Below are positions 1 through 8,085 of a DNA stretch of 11,653 nt, in pieces (within the stretch, counting starts at the first letter, position 1; each line of letters starts with the position of its first letter). Below the pieces are notes generated by a model. The model made no database searches and was not told the origin of the DNA. It was given only the letters and a program-made list of their open reading frames with translations. Where the stretch lies: contig JBFMBF010000032.1 in the NCBI GenBank assembly GCA_040755315.1, forward strand, positions 1-11,653, written 5' to 3'. The position numbers and the translations under genes are program-made. The stretch comes from Candidatus Hadarchaeota archaeon (GTDB taxonomy: Archaea > Hadarchaeota > Hadarchaeia > Hadarchaeales > Hadarchaeaceae).

Positions 1-13
1 TCTCGACATACAT
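1..13 (-). CDS. Possible 5' end of a leaderless gene running off the window (MYVE...)
   Basis: Minus-strand ATG at 13 (ATG TAT GTC GAG), about 23-29 nt downstream of a TATA-like TTAAATA at 42..36. Only 4 codons are visible. Confidence 0.4.
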
Positions 14-25
14 AACAATAGTTTG

Positions 26-88
26 GGTGACTACATATTTAAGCATTTTGGTTGTAGGTGACTACATATTGCCTTTTTGTAGTCACCT
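26..88. promoter_or_regulatory. Three-copy GGTGACTACA motif (two direct, one inverted) around a TATA box; probable protein-binding/operator array
   Basis: GGTGACTACATATT at 26-39 and 57-70 (31 bp period). TGTAGTCACCT at 78-88 is the exact reverse complement of AGGTGACTACA at 56-66. The minus-strand TATA TTAAATA at 36-42 overlaps copy 1. Confidence 0.6.
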
Positions 89-136
89 CGTTGGATTATT
101 GCCGAAAAACCTTGAAGTCGAACCCCGCTGGAATAA

Positions 137-210
137 CGGGCCGGACGGGATTTGAACCCGTGTCACAGGCTCCGGAGGCCTGAGTCTTATCCAGGCTGGA
201 CTACCGGCCC
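137..210 (-). tRNA. tRNA-Arg(CCG), intronless, CCA not encoded
   Basis: Reverse complement folds as a cloverleaf: acceptor GGGCCGG/CCGGCCC, anticodon arm CAGGC-CT CCG GA-GCCTG, T arm ACGGG-TTCAAAT-CCCGT, discriminator G. Confidence 0.96.
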
Positions 211-247
211 AATCTGATATCGGCACGCAAAATAAATAGAAAAACGG

Positions 248-769
248 CTACTCAAAAAACTCGACCGCAAGAAAAAGCGACAGCGCCATCCAGACGCCGT
301 GCTCGTACAGCGCCTTCCTGCTTACCATCCCCCGCGTGAAAATCCCTATCGCGCCGCCTCTTTTCTTGGTGTCCTTCTCCCCCACTAGGCCGTCCATGAC
401 ATCCCCGAGCTCCCTCCCCCGCTTGAGCTCTCGCAGAATTCCTGGCGGGCACTCGAACCAGCCGGAAGTGCCGGTTCCCACCCTACCTTTTTTGTCAACG
501 ATGGCGACGAATCCCAGGTTATACCACTTGCCGCCGAACTTTGTGACGCCCCCTTCAATCCCGACGCCGTAGTCGGCCCGCGTGACATTCAGCGCAGCCT
601 TTGCGCGGGTTATGGCGCCGCCTGTTATTTCACCCGCATGGAACGGTTGCATAGGCACTCCTGAGTCCACATCAACGCCTTTTACCTCCACTTTGCCAAA
701 AGCATGCCTGAAGACATTCTCCACTGCCTTGACTTTTGGAGGGCTTGTGGACCCGACCGCGACCTTCAA
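248..769 (-). CDS. yjjX: Inosine/xanthosine triphosphatase (YjjX / DUF84 non-canonical purine NTPase)
   Basis: Family motifs KVAVGSTSPPKVKAV, SGVPMQPF, GAITRAK, YGVGIEGG, ELGDVMD and GAIGIFTRG..SR. TTG start with SD GAGGTG just upstream. Confidence 0.92.
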   Translation of the reverse strand: MKVAVGSTSPPKVKAVENVFRHAFGKVEVKGVDVDSGVPMQPFHAGEITGGAITRAKAALNVTRADYGVGIEGGVTKFGGKWYNLGFVAIVDKKGRVGTGTSGWFECPPGILRELKRGRELGDVMDGLVGEKDTKKRGGAIGIFTRGMVSRKALYEHGVWMALSLFLAVEFFE

Positions 770-891
770 ATTTACACCTCAAAATCAGTGATGCTTTCAG
801 GTTAAAGAAGTTTAGAATGGCAGGTCCAGCATTCACAACATCAACTCCACCAAAGACATTTATGTTGTTGAAACCTCTATTCTCTGATATC

Positions 892-1386
892 ATGAGCGAA
901 AAAATGCCTCCCGGGCTTGCATCAAGAGCAGCCGTGAGCGCCGTGGTCTTTTTTGGGTGGCTGATTTTTTTGGTGCTGCATCTGGCCTTCTACGCTTCGA
1001 ACTTCAGCATCTTCCAGAACCTCGCAATAATCATCATATCTATTCTCATAGGGATTGCGATACTGGCCCCAATGTGGATTGTCTGGGGAATGCAGCACGC
1101 GAAAGATTTTGAAAAGATGGATAAGAAGTGGAAGGGGCATCCAAAGAAGTCGTGGATTGGAATGGCGGGTGGCATCGTGTGGGCAATTTTCCTCGTGTTC
1201 TACCTCTGGTTTTACGCAGGAAACTACAACATCTACCAAAATTTGGCGGTAGTGATTGTGGCAGGTCTTATCATATGTGGAGTAACAATCCCGATACAGA
1301 TGAGGCGCGGAGAAGGTTGGTGGCGCCAAGTCAAGGAAGAGAAACCCGCCGCCAGAAAGCCAAGGCGAAAGAAGAAAGTCGCATGA
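892..1386 (+). CDS. Hypothetical 4-TM membrane protein built from two internal repeats, with a basic C-terminal tail
   Basis: Start moved from the ORF track's 736 (which overlaps yjjX) to ATG 892, which has TTTATG about 28-33 nt upstream. Two homologous TM hairpins: WLIFLVLHLAFYASNFSIFQNLAIII and WAIFLVFYLWFYAGNYNIYQNLAVVI. Confidence 0.8.
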   Translation: MSEKMPPGLASRAAVSAVVFFGWLIFLVLHLAFYASNFSIFQNLAIIIISILIGIAILAPMWIVWGMQHAKDFEKMDKKWKGHPKKSWIGMAGGIVWAIFLVFYLWFYAGNYNIYQNLAVVIVAGLIICGVTIPIQMRRGEGWWRQVKEEKPAARKPRRKKKVA

Positions 1387-1399
1387 TTTTTCAGTTAAA

Positions 1400-1494
1400 T
1401 GGCGGGCCCGGTGGGATTTGAACCCACGACCTACAGGTATCTTCCTTTATCAAGGCCGAAGCCTGCCGCGCCATCCAGGCTGCGCCACGGGCCC
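1400..1494 (-). tRNA. tRNA-Arg(TCG) with a 17-nt BHB intron at canonical 37/38 (1439..1455); CCA encoded
   Basis: Acceptor GGGCCCG/CGGGCCC-G-CCA, D arm GCGC/GCGC, anticodon arm GCAGG-CT TCG G[intron]A-CCTGT, T arm GTGGG-TTCAAAT-CCCAC. Strict BHB: central helix CTTC/GAAG, bulges GGC and ATA, intron hairpin CTT-GATA-AAG. Confidence 0.95.
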
Positions 1495-1582
1495 ACCAAA
1501 ATGTCTAATCCAGCATGCTTAATCAACCCTTCTATAAGAAGTTACCAATATGCCGTCCGTAATGTCTCTGGCGTAAACGTGT

Positions 1583-2803
1583 TCAGGCGGCCAAGCCAGA
1601 GCTATCGGCCTTCACGAGATAGATGTCCGACTGCCCAGCACCCGAAGAAAACGTACCTCCGGCCGCGATGAACCCCCCGTCGCTCGTCTGTGTCACGGAA
1701 TAAAATCTGTCGAGGCCGGCCCCGCCAAATGTTTTGACCCAAATGGCTTCCCCCGAAGAGTTCGTCCTGATGAGATAGGCATCCCTCGTGCCGGTGCCGC
1801 GGGGCGACAAGTACCCCGCGATCACGTAGCCTCCGTCATCCGTCTGGGACACTGAATAACCCCTGTCAAAATATGTGCTCCCGTAAGTCTTTGTCCAAGT
1901 CACCGCGCCTGAGTTGTCTGTTTTGACTAGATACACATCCTCAGACCCCGCGCCAAAAGAGCTCGTGTAACCGGTGGCGATGTACCCGCCATCGCTTGTT
2001 TGGACTACTGAAAAGCACCGGTCATTGTTTTCTCCGCCGTAAGTGTTTTCCCACAACACTCCTCCTGAAGCGTCCACTTTCACGAGATAAAAATCATCCC
2101 TGCCGGCGCCATAGGAGCTGGTGTGCCCTCCGATGATGTAACCGCCGTCGCTCGTTGCATTCAGAGAAAAAGCCCATTCATCTGCGGTTCCGCCATATGT
2201 TTTGCTCCACAGGTTTTCTCCGGCGGAGTCTGTTTTTATGAGATAAAAGTCGTTGCTGCCAGCGCCGAAGGAAGTGGTCCTGCCAGCGACCATGTAGCCG
2301 CCATTTTCGGCCAGCGCTACGGATTCGCCCCAGTCAGTTCCGCTACCGCCGTGACTTTTTGCCCAAAGGTTCTCGCCTGCAGAGTTGGTCTTTACCAGAT
2401 AAACATCGTCACTTCCGCTTCCAAAAGAGCTCGTCCAGCCCGCCACGACGTAACCACCGTCGGAAGTTTTGGCGACGCTGTGGCCGCTTTCGCTGGCGCT
2501 CCCCCCAGATATCTTGAGCCAAAGCACGCTTCCCAAAGCGTCTATTTTGGCGAGGAAAGCGTCCCTAGCCACGCCTGCGCCGAACGACCTTGTCTCCCCG
2601 GCGATAATGTAACCTTCATCATGCGCGGCGGTGACGGATAGCGCAAAATCTTCCCCGTTTTCGCCGTATACTGTGATCCATTTTTCTTTTGTTCTGTGTT
2701 CACCTAGCAGGTAAGCTGCGGCTCCCGTCCCGATGATGATCAGCAGGAAAACAACGATGGCGAACTTTTCCAATCTTGGTCCTCCCGGTTTTTCATTCAC
2801 CAC
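1583..2803 (-). CDS. Membrane-anchored extracellular beta-propeller repeat protein (7 repeats of about 52 aa)
   Basis: N-terminal hydrophobic helix FAIVVFLLIIIGTGAAAYLL, then seven repeats of W.KTYGG...D...SV.QTSDGGY..AG.T.SFGAG..D.YLVKTD..G. Its GTG start abuts the hel308 stop codon. Confidence 0.85.
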   Translation of the reverse strand: MVNEKPGGPRLEKFAIVVFLLIIIGTGAAAYLLGEHRTKEKWITVYGENGEDFALSVTAAHDEGYIIAGETRSFGAGVARDAFLAKIDALGSVLWLKISGGSASESGHSVAKTSDGGYVVAGWTSSFGSGSDDVYLVKTNSAGENLWAKSHGGSGTDWGESVALAENGGYMVAGRTTSFGAGSNDFYLIKTDSAGENLWSKTYGGTADEWAFSLNATSDGGYIIGGHTSSYGAGRDDFYLVKVDASGGVLWENTYGGENNDRCFSVVQTSDGGYIATGYTSSFGAGSEDVYLVKTDNSGAVTWTKTYGSTYFDRGYSVSQTDDGGYVIAGYLSPRGTGTRDAYLIRTNSSGEAIWVKTFGGAGLDRFYSVTQTSDGGFIAAGGTFSSGAGQSDIYLVKADSSGLAA

Positions 2804-4993
2804 TCATACGTTAGGATTTATTTCATTATAGTTTCCGGCTTGCCGCTTGACGCTCCGCGCGATTTCGGCGCCAATGTAGGGCACCTTCGCCAGATCCTCC
2901 TCTGCGGCCCGCTCGATGTCCGCCAGCTTCCTGTAACCTGCCCTGAAGAGGCTCCGTCCGCGCACCCGCCCTATTCCGCGCAGCTGCACCAGCTCCAGAA
3001 GTTCCGCCTTTACCCCGTACCTGACGCGCTTCTGGAGGTCCCTGAGGGGGGCCAGCGCGGGCCCGGCCTTGAAAAGCCTGGCCAGCTCGTGAGAGGCGTG
3101 CAGCAGCCACCCAGCCGTGTCGGCCGTCCTTCTGATGTCCCCGGCGCCAATCCCGAACTCCTCATGGATGTCGTCCTCCCTCATCTCTTCAATCCACATC
3201 TGCACTATCCTCGCCGTCTTGAGTTCGGCCATGAAGTGCTCGAACTCCTCCGGCTTCCGGTGCGGGTCTGGGATCGGGACGAGCAGCTCGTCCGCGTACC
3301 TCAGGTAAAACTCCTCCATCTCCTCCAACTCCCGCTCCCTGAGATAGTATGTGGTCATGTCTGGGGTCCTGGAAATCAGGTGGAGGAAGGCGAGGTCCGT
3401 CGGCCTTTCCGCCGTCACTCCCTTGAGGCCGTCCCTGATTACCACGGCCGAAAGCGGGTCGATGTAGAGTGTCGAAACCAGCTCCCCGAACTGGGTGGCC
3501 AGGAGAAGCTTCCCCTTGCGTGAAATCATGCCCTCTTTTTCAAGGAAGTCCAGAATCCGCTCCACCACACGCCTAACGTCCCTGGTCCCAAACTGGTGTG
3601 CAAAAAAAGTCCGCCCCATGAAGCCCAGCAGGCTGTCTTCGTCACTCACATAGCCAGCCGCTATCGAGGCGAGCACGTGGGTCCTTAGCGCGGGCTCGGT
3701 GCCCAGCTTTGAGGTTATCCTCTCGGATTCCGCGTGGATGAACTCCTCGAACAGGGCCTCCACCTCCCGCTTGCCGTGCGCGATGGCCACCGCCTCCCCA
3801 TACTCGTCGTACTGCGGGCGGCCAGCCCTGCCGCACATCTGGTGGAACTCGAGCACGGGGATATACTGCATCCCGTACGGCTCCACGTATCTCCTGTAGT
3901 CCCTGATAATGGCACGCCGCGACGGCAGGTTCACACCAGCCGCCAGCGTGGGGGTGGCGCAAATCACCTTGAGAAAAGTCTTCCTGAACGAGTCCTCAAC
4001 AGCTTTCCTCTGGCTCGGGTGGAGTCCAGCGTGATGAAAGGCCGAGCCGCGCCTCACGCAATCGGCCAGCAACCGGCATGTCCTGCTGGGCTCTCCAAGG
4101 GCCTTCTCCACCTCCTTCGCGGCTTCCGCCAGCTTTTCTTTCTCCTCAGCGGTCAGGTGGTTTTTTGTGTGTGATGCCAGAAGTTCGGCGGAAGTCTGCG
4201 CCGAGCGCCGGGTGTTCACAAAGACCAGCGCCTGCCCGCCCTCCTTCACTGTGTCCAGCGCCAGCGCCGCCAGTGCTTCCCCCCCTCCCGCGACCTCTCT
4301 CCTGCCGCCGTCGTCGAACTTTATCTTCCCGTTCCAGTAGACTCCCTTTTTCAGCGGAACCGGCCTCCACTCGCTCTTGACCAGCTCAGCCCCGAGCCAC
4401 TCCGCCATCTCGTCGGCGTTTTTTATCGTGGCCGAGAGCGCGAGTATCTGAACCTTCGGGTTGACCTGCCTCAGCCTGGCCGTCAGTATCTCGAGGGTGG
4501 GGCCCCTACCTGGGTCGTCAATCAGGTGGACTTCATCCAAGACCACCACGGAGACGATGTCGGCAAGCCACTTCGCGCGGTGCCTGAGCAGCGAGTCCAC
4601 CTTCTCGGAGGTGGCCACCAGGATGTCATAGTGTGCAAGGCGGGGATCGGCCACGTCGAAGTCGCCAGTGGCTATCCCGACCTTTACTCCTAGATGTCCG
4701 TACTTCTGCCTGAACTCGTCGTACTTCTCGCTCGCGAGGGCCCTGAGCGGCACGATGTAGATGCATTTTCCCTTTTCCCTGAGGACGGACTTCAGCATGC
4801 AGAATTCGGCGATGAGCGTCTTCCCACTGGCAGTCGGCACTGCCAGAACCATGTTTTTCCCTTCAAGAACCTGCTTCTTCACGGCCTCGGCCTGCGGCGG
4901 GTAAAGCTTTGTTACGTTTGATTTCTCCAAGGCTTCGGCCACTTCACCGGGCAATCCGTACTTTTTGCACACTTCTGAGATTTCCAAACCCAC
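2804..4993 (-). CDS. hel308: ATP-dependent DNA helicase Hel308 (Hjm; Ski2-like SF2)
   Basis: Q motif LYPPQ, Walker A AVPTASGKT, DEVH, SAT, FHHAGL, TPTLAAGVNLP, QMCGRAGRP, RVRYGVK and C-terminal HhH motifs (LRGIGRVRGR, VPYIG). The start may be TTG at 4987. Confidence 0.95.
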   Translation of the reverse strand: MGLEISEVCKKYGLPGEVAEALEKSNVTKLYPPQAEAVKKQVLEGKNMVLAVPTASGKTLIAEFCMLKSVLREKGKCIYIVPLRALASEKYDEFRQKYGHLGVKVGIATGDFDVADPRLAHYDILVATSEKVDSLLRHRAKWLADIVSVVVLDEVHLIDDPGRGPTLEILTARLRQVNPKVQILALSATIKNADEMAEWLGAELVKSEWRPVPLKKGVYWNGKIKFDDGGRREVAGGGEALAALALDTVKEGGQALVFVNTRRSAQTSAELLASHTKNHLTAEEKEKLAEAAKEVEKALGEPSRTCRLLADCVRRGSAFHHAGLHPSQRKAVEDSFRKTFLKVICATPTLAAGVNLPSRRAIIRDYRRYVEPYGMQYIPVLEFHQMCGRAGRPQYDEYGEAVAIAHGKREVEALFEEFIHAESERITSKLGTEPALRTHVLASIAAGYVSDEDSLLGFMGRTFFAHQFGTRDVRRVVERILDFLEKEGMISRKGKLLLATQFGELVSTLYIDPLSAVVIRDGLKGVTAERPTDLAFLHLISRTPDMTTYYLRERELEEMEEFYLRYADELLVPIPDPHRKPEEFEHFMAELKTARIVQMWIEEMREDDIHEEFGIGAGDIRRTADTAGWLLHASHELARLFKAGPALAPLRDLQKRVRYGVKAELLELVQLRGIGRVRGRSLFRAGYRKLADIERAAEEDLAKVPYIGAEIARSVKRQAGNYNEINPNV

Positions 4994-5016
4994 CGCCTCG
5001 TTCAGACCTCATCGTG

Positions 5017-5031
5017 TTATTAAATTAAATA
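5017..5031. promoter_or_regulatory. Shared AT-rich TATA core of the divergent hel308/elp3 promoter
   Basis: TTATTAAATTAAATA lies in a 58-bp intergenic gap, roughly 20-40 nt from both start codons. Confidence 0.6.
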
Positions 5032-5051
5032 CAGTGTTTATCTGGTGGAAC

Positions 5052-6656
5052 ATGCAGGGGGACGCGGTTCAGTCGGCAGTCAAGCTAGTTTGGGACGGGA
5101 TAGTAACAGGAAAAATTACAGACGCCCGCAGCCTCTCAAAAGCCAAGATTCAGGCGTGCCGCGAGTTTGGGCTTTCGGGGCCGCTGAAGAACTCGGAACT
5201 TCTGTCGGCTGCCGATGCCGACAAAAGGGAGAAGCTCCTGAAGCTTTTGACCCTCAAGCCCGTGCGATCAATCTCAGGCGTCACAGTTATAACCGTGATG
5301 CCCAAGCCTTACGTCTGTCCCAAGGACGAGCCTTGCATCTACTGTCCAGGCGGGCCGGACTCCAACATACCCCAGTCTTACACGGGAAAAGAGCCCGCGT
5401 CGGCCCGGGCCGTGCAGTGCAATTATGACCCCATCTGCCAAATCAAAAGCAGGATCGAGCAGCTCCGGGCGGTCGGCCATGATGTTGACAAGGTCGAGTT
5501 GATAATGTTCGGCGGCACTCTGACAGCTTACCCGGCCGATTACTTGGAACAGTTCACAATCAAGTGTTTGAACGAGATCTCTGGGTCAAAAGCCGAAGCG
5601 ATTGAGGAAGCGCAGCTCGCCGCCGAAAACTCGCAGATCAGAATAAGCGACATCACAATGGAGACGCGCCCTGACTACTGCAAGGCGCCGCAGGTTGACT
5701 TCATGCTCAAGCTGGGTGCGACAAGGGTGGAGTTGGGGGTGCAGACAGTCTACGACGAAATTTACAGGCTGGTCAACCGCGGCCACACCGTGGAGGATGT
5801 CGTCGAGGCCACGAGGATAACCAGGGATGCCGGCTTCGCGGTGGTTTATCACATGATGCCTAACCTGCCTGGCTCGGATTACAAGCGCGATCTCGACACA
5901 TTTGACACAATTTTCAGCGATGAGAGATTCAAACCGGACGCCGTCAAAATTTATCCAACTCTCGTGATGCCCGGCACAAAGCTACACGAGATGTGGCAGC
6001 GCGGAGACTACAAGCCCTATCCGCTTGATAAAATTGTCGAGCTAGTTTCAGAAATAAAAAAACGCGTGCCGAAGTGGGTGAGGATACAGCGCATCCAGCG
6101 AGACATCCCCACAAACCTGATCGCCGACGGGGTCAAGATGGGGAACCTGCGTGTTCTGGTCCAGGAAAAGCTCAAGAAGGATGGCGCTCGCTGCAGATGC
6201 ATACGCTGCCGCGAGGTCGGGCATGTGAAGTACAAGCTCGGCCTTGAACCCAATCTTGATGACGTGAAGTTGATGGTTGAGAAGTATAATGCTTCTGAGG
6301 GTGAGGAACTTTTCGTATCGTTTGAGGATGTGGAGAAGGACATTTTGGTCGGGCTTTTGAGGCTGAGGCAGCCGTCCGAGAAGGCACACAGGCCGGAGGT
6401 AAAAGCCGCTAGGGCAATGCTGGTGAGGGAGCTGCATGTTTTCGGGCCACTCGTGCAGGTGGGGGAGGAGGCAGGTGCGGGCGACTGGCAGCACAGAGGC
6501 TGGGGCGAGCGCCTGATGCAGGAGGCAGAGAGGATTTCCAGAGAAGACTTCGGCGCGCGCAGGGTCATGGTGTTGGCAGGCATAGGAACACGGAATTACT
6601 ATAAAAGGTTCGGTTACGAGCGCGAGGGACCTTTCATGGTGAAGGAGCTGAGCTGA
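5052..6656 (+). CDS. elp3: tRNA uridine(34) 5-carboxymethylation radical SAM/GNAT enzyme Elp3
   Basis: KPVRSISGV, CPKDEPCIYCPGG, PQSYTGKEPA, ETRPD, ELGVQT, HMMPNLP, KIYPTLV, RIQRDIP, CRCIRCRE, VRELHVFG, QHRGWG, GIGTRNYY. ATG 5052 with SD GGTGG is preferred over the ORF-track start at 4965, which overlaps hel308. Confidence 0.96.
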   Translation: MQGDAVQSAVKLVWDGIVTGKITDARSLSKAKIQACREFGLSGPLKNSELLSAADADKREKLLKLLTLKPVRSISGVTVITVMPKPYVCPKDEPCIYCPGGPDSNIPQSYTGKEPASARAVQCNYDPICQIKSRIEQLRAVGHDVDKVELIMFGGTLTAYPADYLEQFTIKCLNEISGSKAEAIEEAQLAAENSQIRISDITMETRPDYCKAPQVDFMLKLGATRVELGVQTVYDEIYRLVNRGHTVEDVVEATRITRDAGFAVVYHMMPNLPGSDYKRDLDTFDTIFSDERFKPDAVKIYPTLVMPGTKLHEMWQRGDYKPYPLDKIVELVSEIKKRVPKWVRIQRIQRDIPTNLIADGVKMGNLRVLVQEKLKKDGARCRCIRCREVGHVKYKLGLEPNLDDVKLMVEKYNASEGEELFVSFEDVEKDILVGLLRLRQPSEKAHRPEVKAARAMLVRELHVFGPLVQVGEEAGAGDWQHRGWGERLMQEAERISREDFGARRVMVLAGIGTRNYYKRFGYEREGPFMVKELS

Positions 6657-7024
6657 TGCACGAAAAGCTGGAGCACGAAAATTTCAGGCTTCAGGCTGCA
6701 CTCATCGTCGCCGTAATTTTTGTGGACGTTGTTATCACATACATGCTGGCGCCCCCAAACGCCAAGCTGTTCAGGTTCAGCAGCTTCTTGACGCACCTTG
6801 TCGTCGGAATGCTGGTGTGGTTGATATGGGCGCTGCCGGGAGTCATGGGGCGGACATCCCTCTGGTTGGTGAAGGCGGGGGAAGTGTTTGCTGAGGGGAT
6901 CAAAACTCGGGAGGGGGTGCTGTGCCGGGTTCCTCAAAAAAGAAGCATCGGGGTTATGGCCACTCTTGTTCTTGCATTTGTGATTTTCATTGTCACGATA
7001 GCCCTGGCCGTGATGATCCTTTAG
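6656..7024 (+). CDS. Hypothetical membrane protein (about 3 TM)
   Basis: ATG overlaps the elp3 stop codon (TGATG), consistent with translational coupling. Three hydrophobic segments. Confidence 0.7.
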   Translation: MHEKLEHENFRLQAALIVAVIFVDVVITYMLAPPNAKLFRFSSFLTHLVVGMLVWLIWALPGVMGRTSLWLVKAGEVFAEGIKTREGVLCRVPQKRSIGVMATLVLAFVIFIVTIALAVMIL

Positions 7025-7033
7025 AGTTCATAT

Positions 7034-7531
7034 TTGAACCTGACAGGGGCCATAAACATTGGACGGACGATAACTTTTCTTGCCGTCGCGATTCCGATAG
7101 TTTACATCTTGCTGGGGTGGCTGGCTCCTACTCTCAGGCTGGTCGACTCAAGCGGGCTGCGTTACCGCGTCGACCGCCAGAACCAGGTACATGACATTGG
7201 GAGTGTTTTGCGGGGAAGGCTTGGGATATTGGTGGGAATAGGCGCCTTCGCTTCAATTTACACCACGATGGGTTTGCTGGATTTCAAACTCGATCAGTTT
7301 CTCACGCTTATCCGCTCCTTGGTGCTGGAGTTACTCCCCCCGGCGCTGGTTTCCGCGTTTTTCTTCAGATACTTTGTGGAGAAAAGGGCTGCTAAAGCTT
7401 TTAATTCATTGCTTGATTCTCGCGGGGTAAAGAGGGTTGATTCCTTGGAAGAGATTGTGAACATACCGGCTGTAAAAAGAAAAAGCCGGATTGAAAAAGT
7501 TTTGAGTAAGGTTAGACTGGCCAAAATATAA
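7034..7531 (+). CDS. Hypothetical membrane protein (about 3 TM, basic C-terminus)
   Basis: 165-aa ORF with TTG start 9 nt after the previous stop. Hydrophobic segments present; converges on the minus-strand operon. Start uncertain. Confidence 0.6.
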   Translation: MNLTGAINIGRTITFLAVAIPIVYILLGWLAPTLRLVDSSGLRYRVDRQNQVHDIGSVLRGRLGILVGIGAFASIYTTMGLLDFKLDQFLTLIRSLVLELLPPALVSAFFFRYFVEKRAAKAFNSLLDSRGVKRVDSLEEIVNIPAVKRKSRIEKVLSKVRLAKI

Positions 7532-7540
7532 TCCAGCAAC

Positions 7541-8050
7541 TCACTTTTTGATGGTCGCCCCGCAGTTCGGGCATTTTTTGTTGGTTAACTTGACTGGCTC
7601 GCTGCAGTACGGGCAGGGGATGACGTCTCTTACCAACCACCCATTCTCGTAACGGACGTCTTCAAAGTAACCCTCTTCGATCATCGGTTTAAGATATTCC
7701 GTCTCAAGAATTTTGATGTTGGCGCCCATTTTTACATGGTTGGCTATTTCTCTAAGCGAAACCTTCCCTTTTGATTTCAAAATCTGGTTTGCGAAACTGC
7801 TTATTTGTTCTTTCATTCCCTTCCTTCCTATTCTTACAGCGGTGCCAATCCCCAGCACCGCCATCATAATTCCAATTGTAAAAGTGATTATTACTAAATA
7901 TCCTTCAGTTGTAAACGACACTCCATCGGCCGCCCACATTCTGGGCCAAAAATTTCCAAACACGAGTAACAAAAAAGGTATCAAGCAAATTATTACACCA
8001 ACCAATCCAACAATCCCTCCAACATTTGCTTTTGTTTTTTCAGAAACCAA
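7541..8050 (-). CDS. Membrane protein: 2 TM + winged-helix/PCI-like segment + C-terminal zinc ribbon
   Basis: Two TM helices, then ILKSKGKVSLREIANHV...LKPMIEEGYF..VRYENGWLV (wHTH-like, inferred), then CPYC-x9-CPNC. TTG start with SD-like GAGG upstream. Confidence 0.75.
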   Translation of the reverse strand: MVSEKTKANVGGIVGLVGVIICLIPFLLLVFGNFWPRMWAADGVSFTTEGYLVIITFTIGIMMAVLGIGTAVRIGRKGMKEQISSFANQILKSKGKVSLREIANHVKMGANIKILETEYLKPMIEEGYFEDVRYENGWLVRDVIPCPYCSEPVKLTNKKCPNCGATIKK

Positions 8051-8085
8051 GTTTATCCCTCATTTTTGCTCGTTGTCCCCACCTG

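Noticed and set aside
26..88. Mini CRISPR array
   Set aside because: The repeat is only 14 bp with a 17-bp gap, the third copy is inverted, and no cas genes are present.
111..130. GGGGTTCGAC (minus strand) resembling a tRNA T-loop remnant
   Set aside because: No complementary T-stem or acceptor half, and it does not match the adjacent tRNA's GGGTTCAAATCCC. Too short to support.
137..1494. Similar sequences at 137-210 and 1400-1494 as attL/attR of an integrated element
   Set aside because: Both are complete, distinct tRNA-Arg isoacceptors (CCG and TCG). The shared stretches are normal tRNA conservation, and no integrase lies between them.
1399..1671. ORF-track ORFs 1399..1671 (+) and 10451..10744 (+)
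   Set aside because: They are antisense translations of tRNA genes (GFEPTT and RFELGS are T-arm artefacts).
1600..2680. DNA-level repeats of about 156 bp period
   Set aside because: Fully explained by the degenerate 52-aa protein repeats of the beta-propeller gene.
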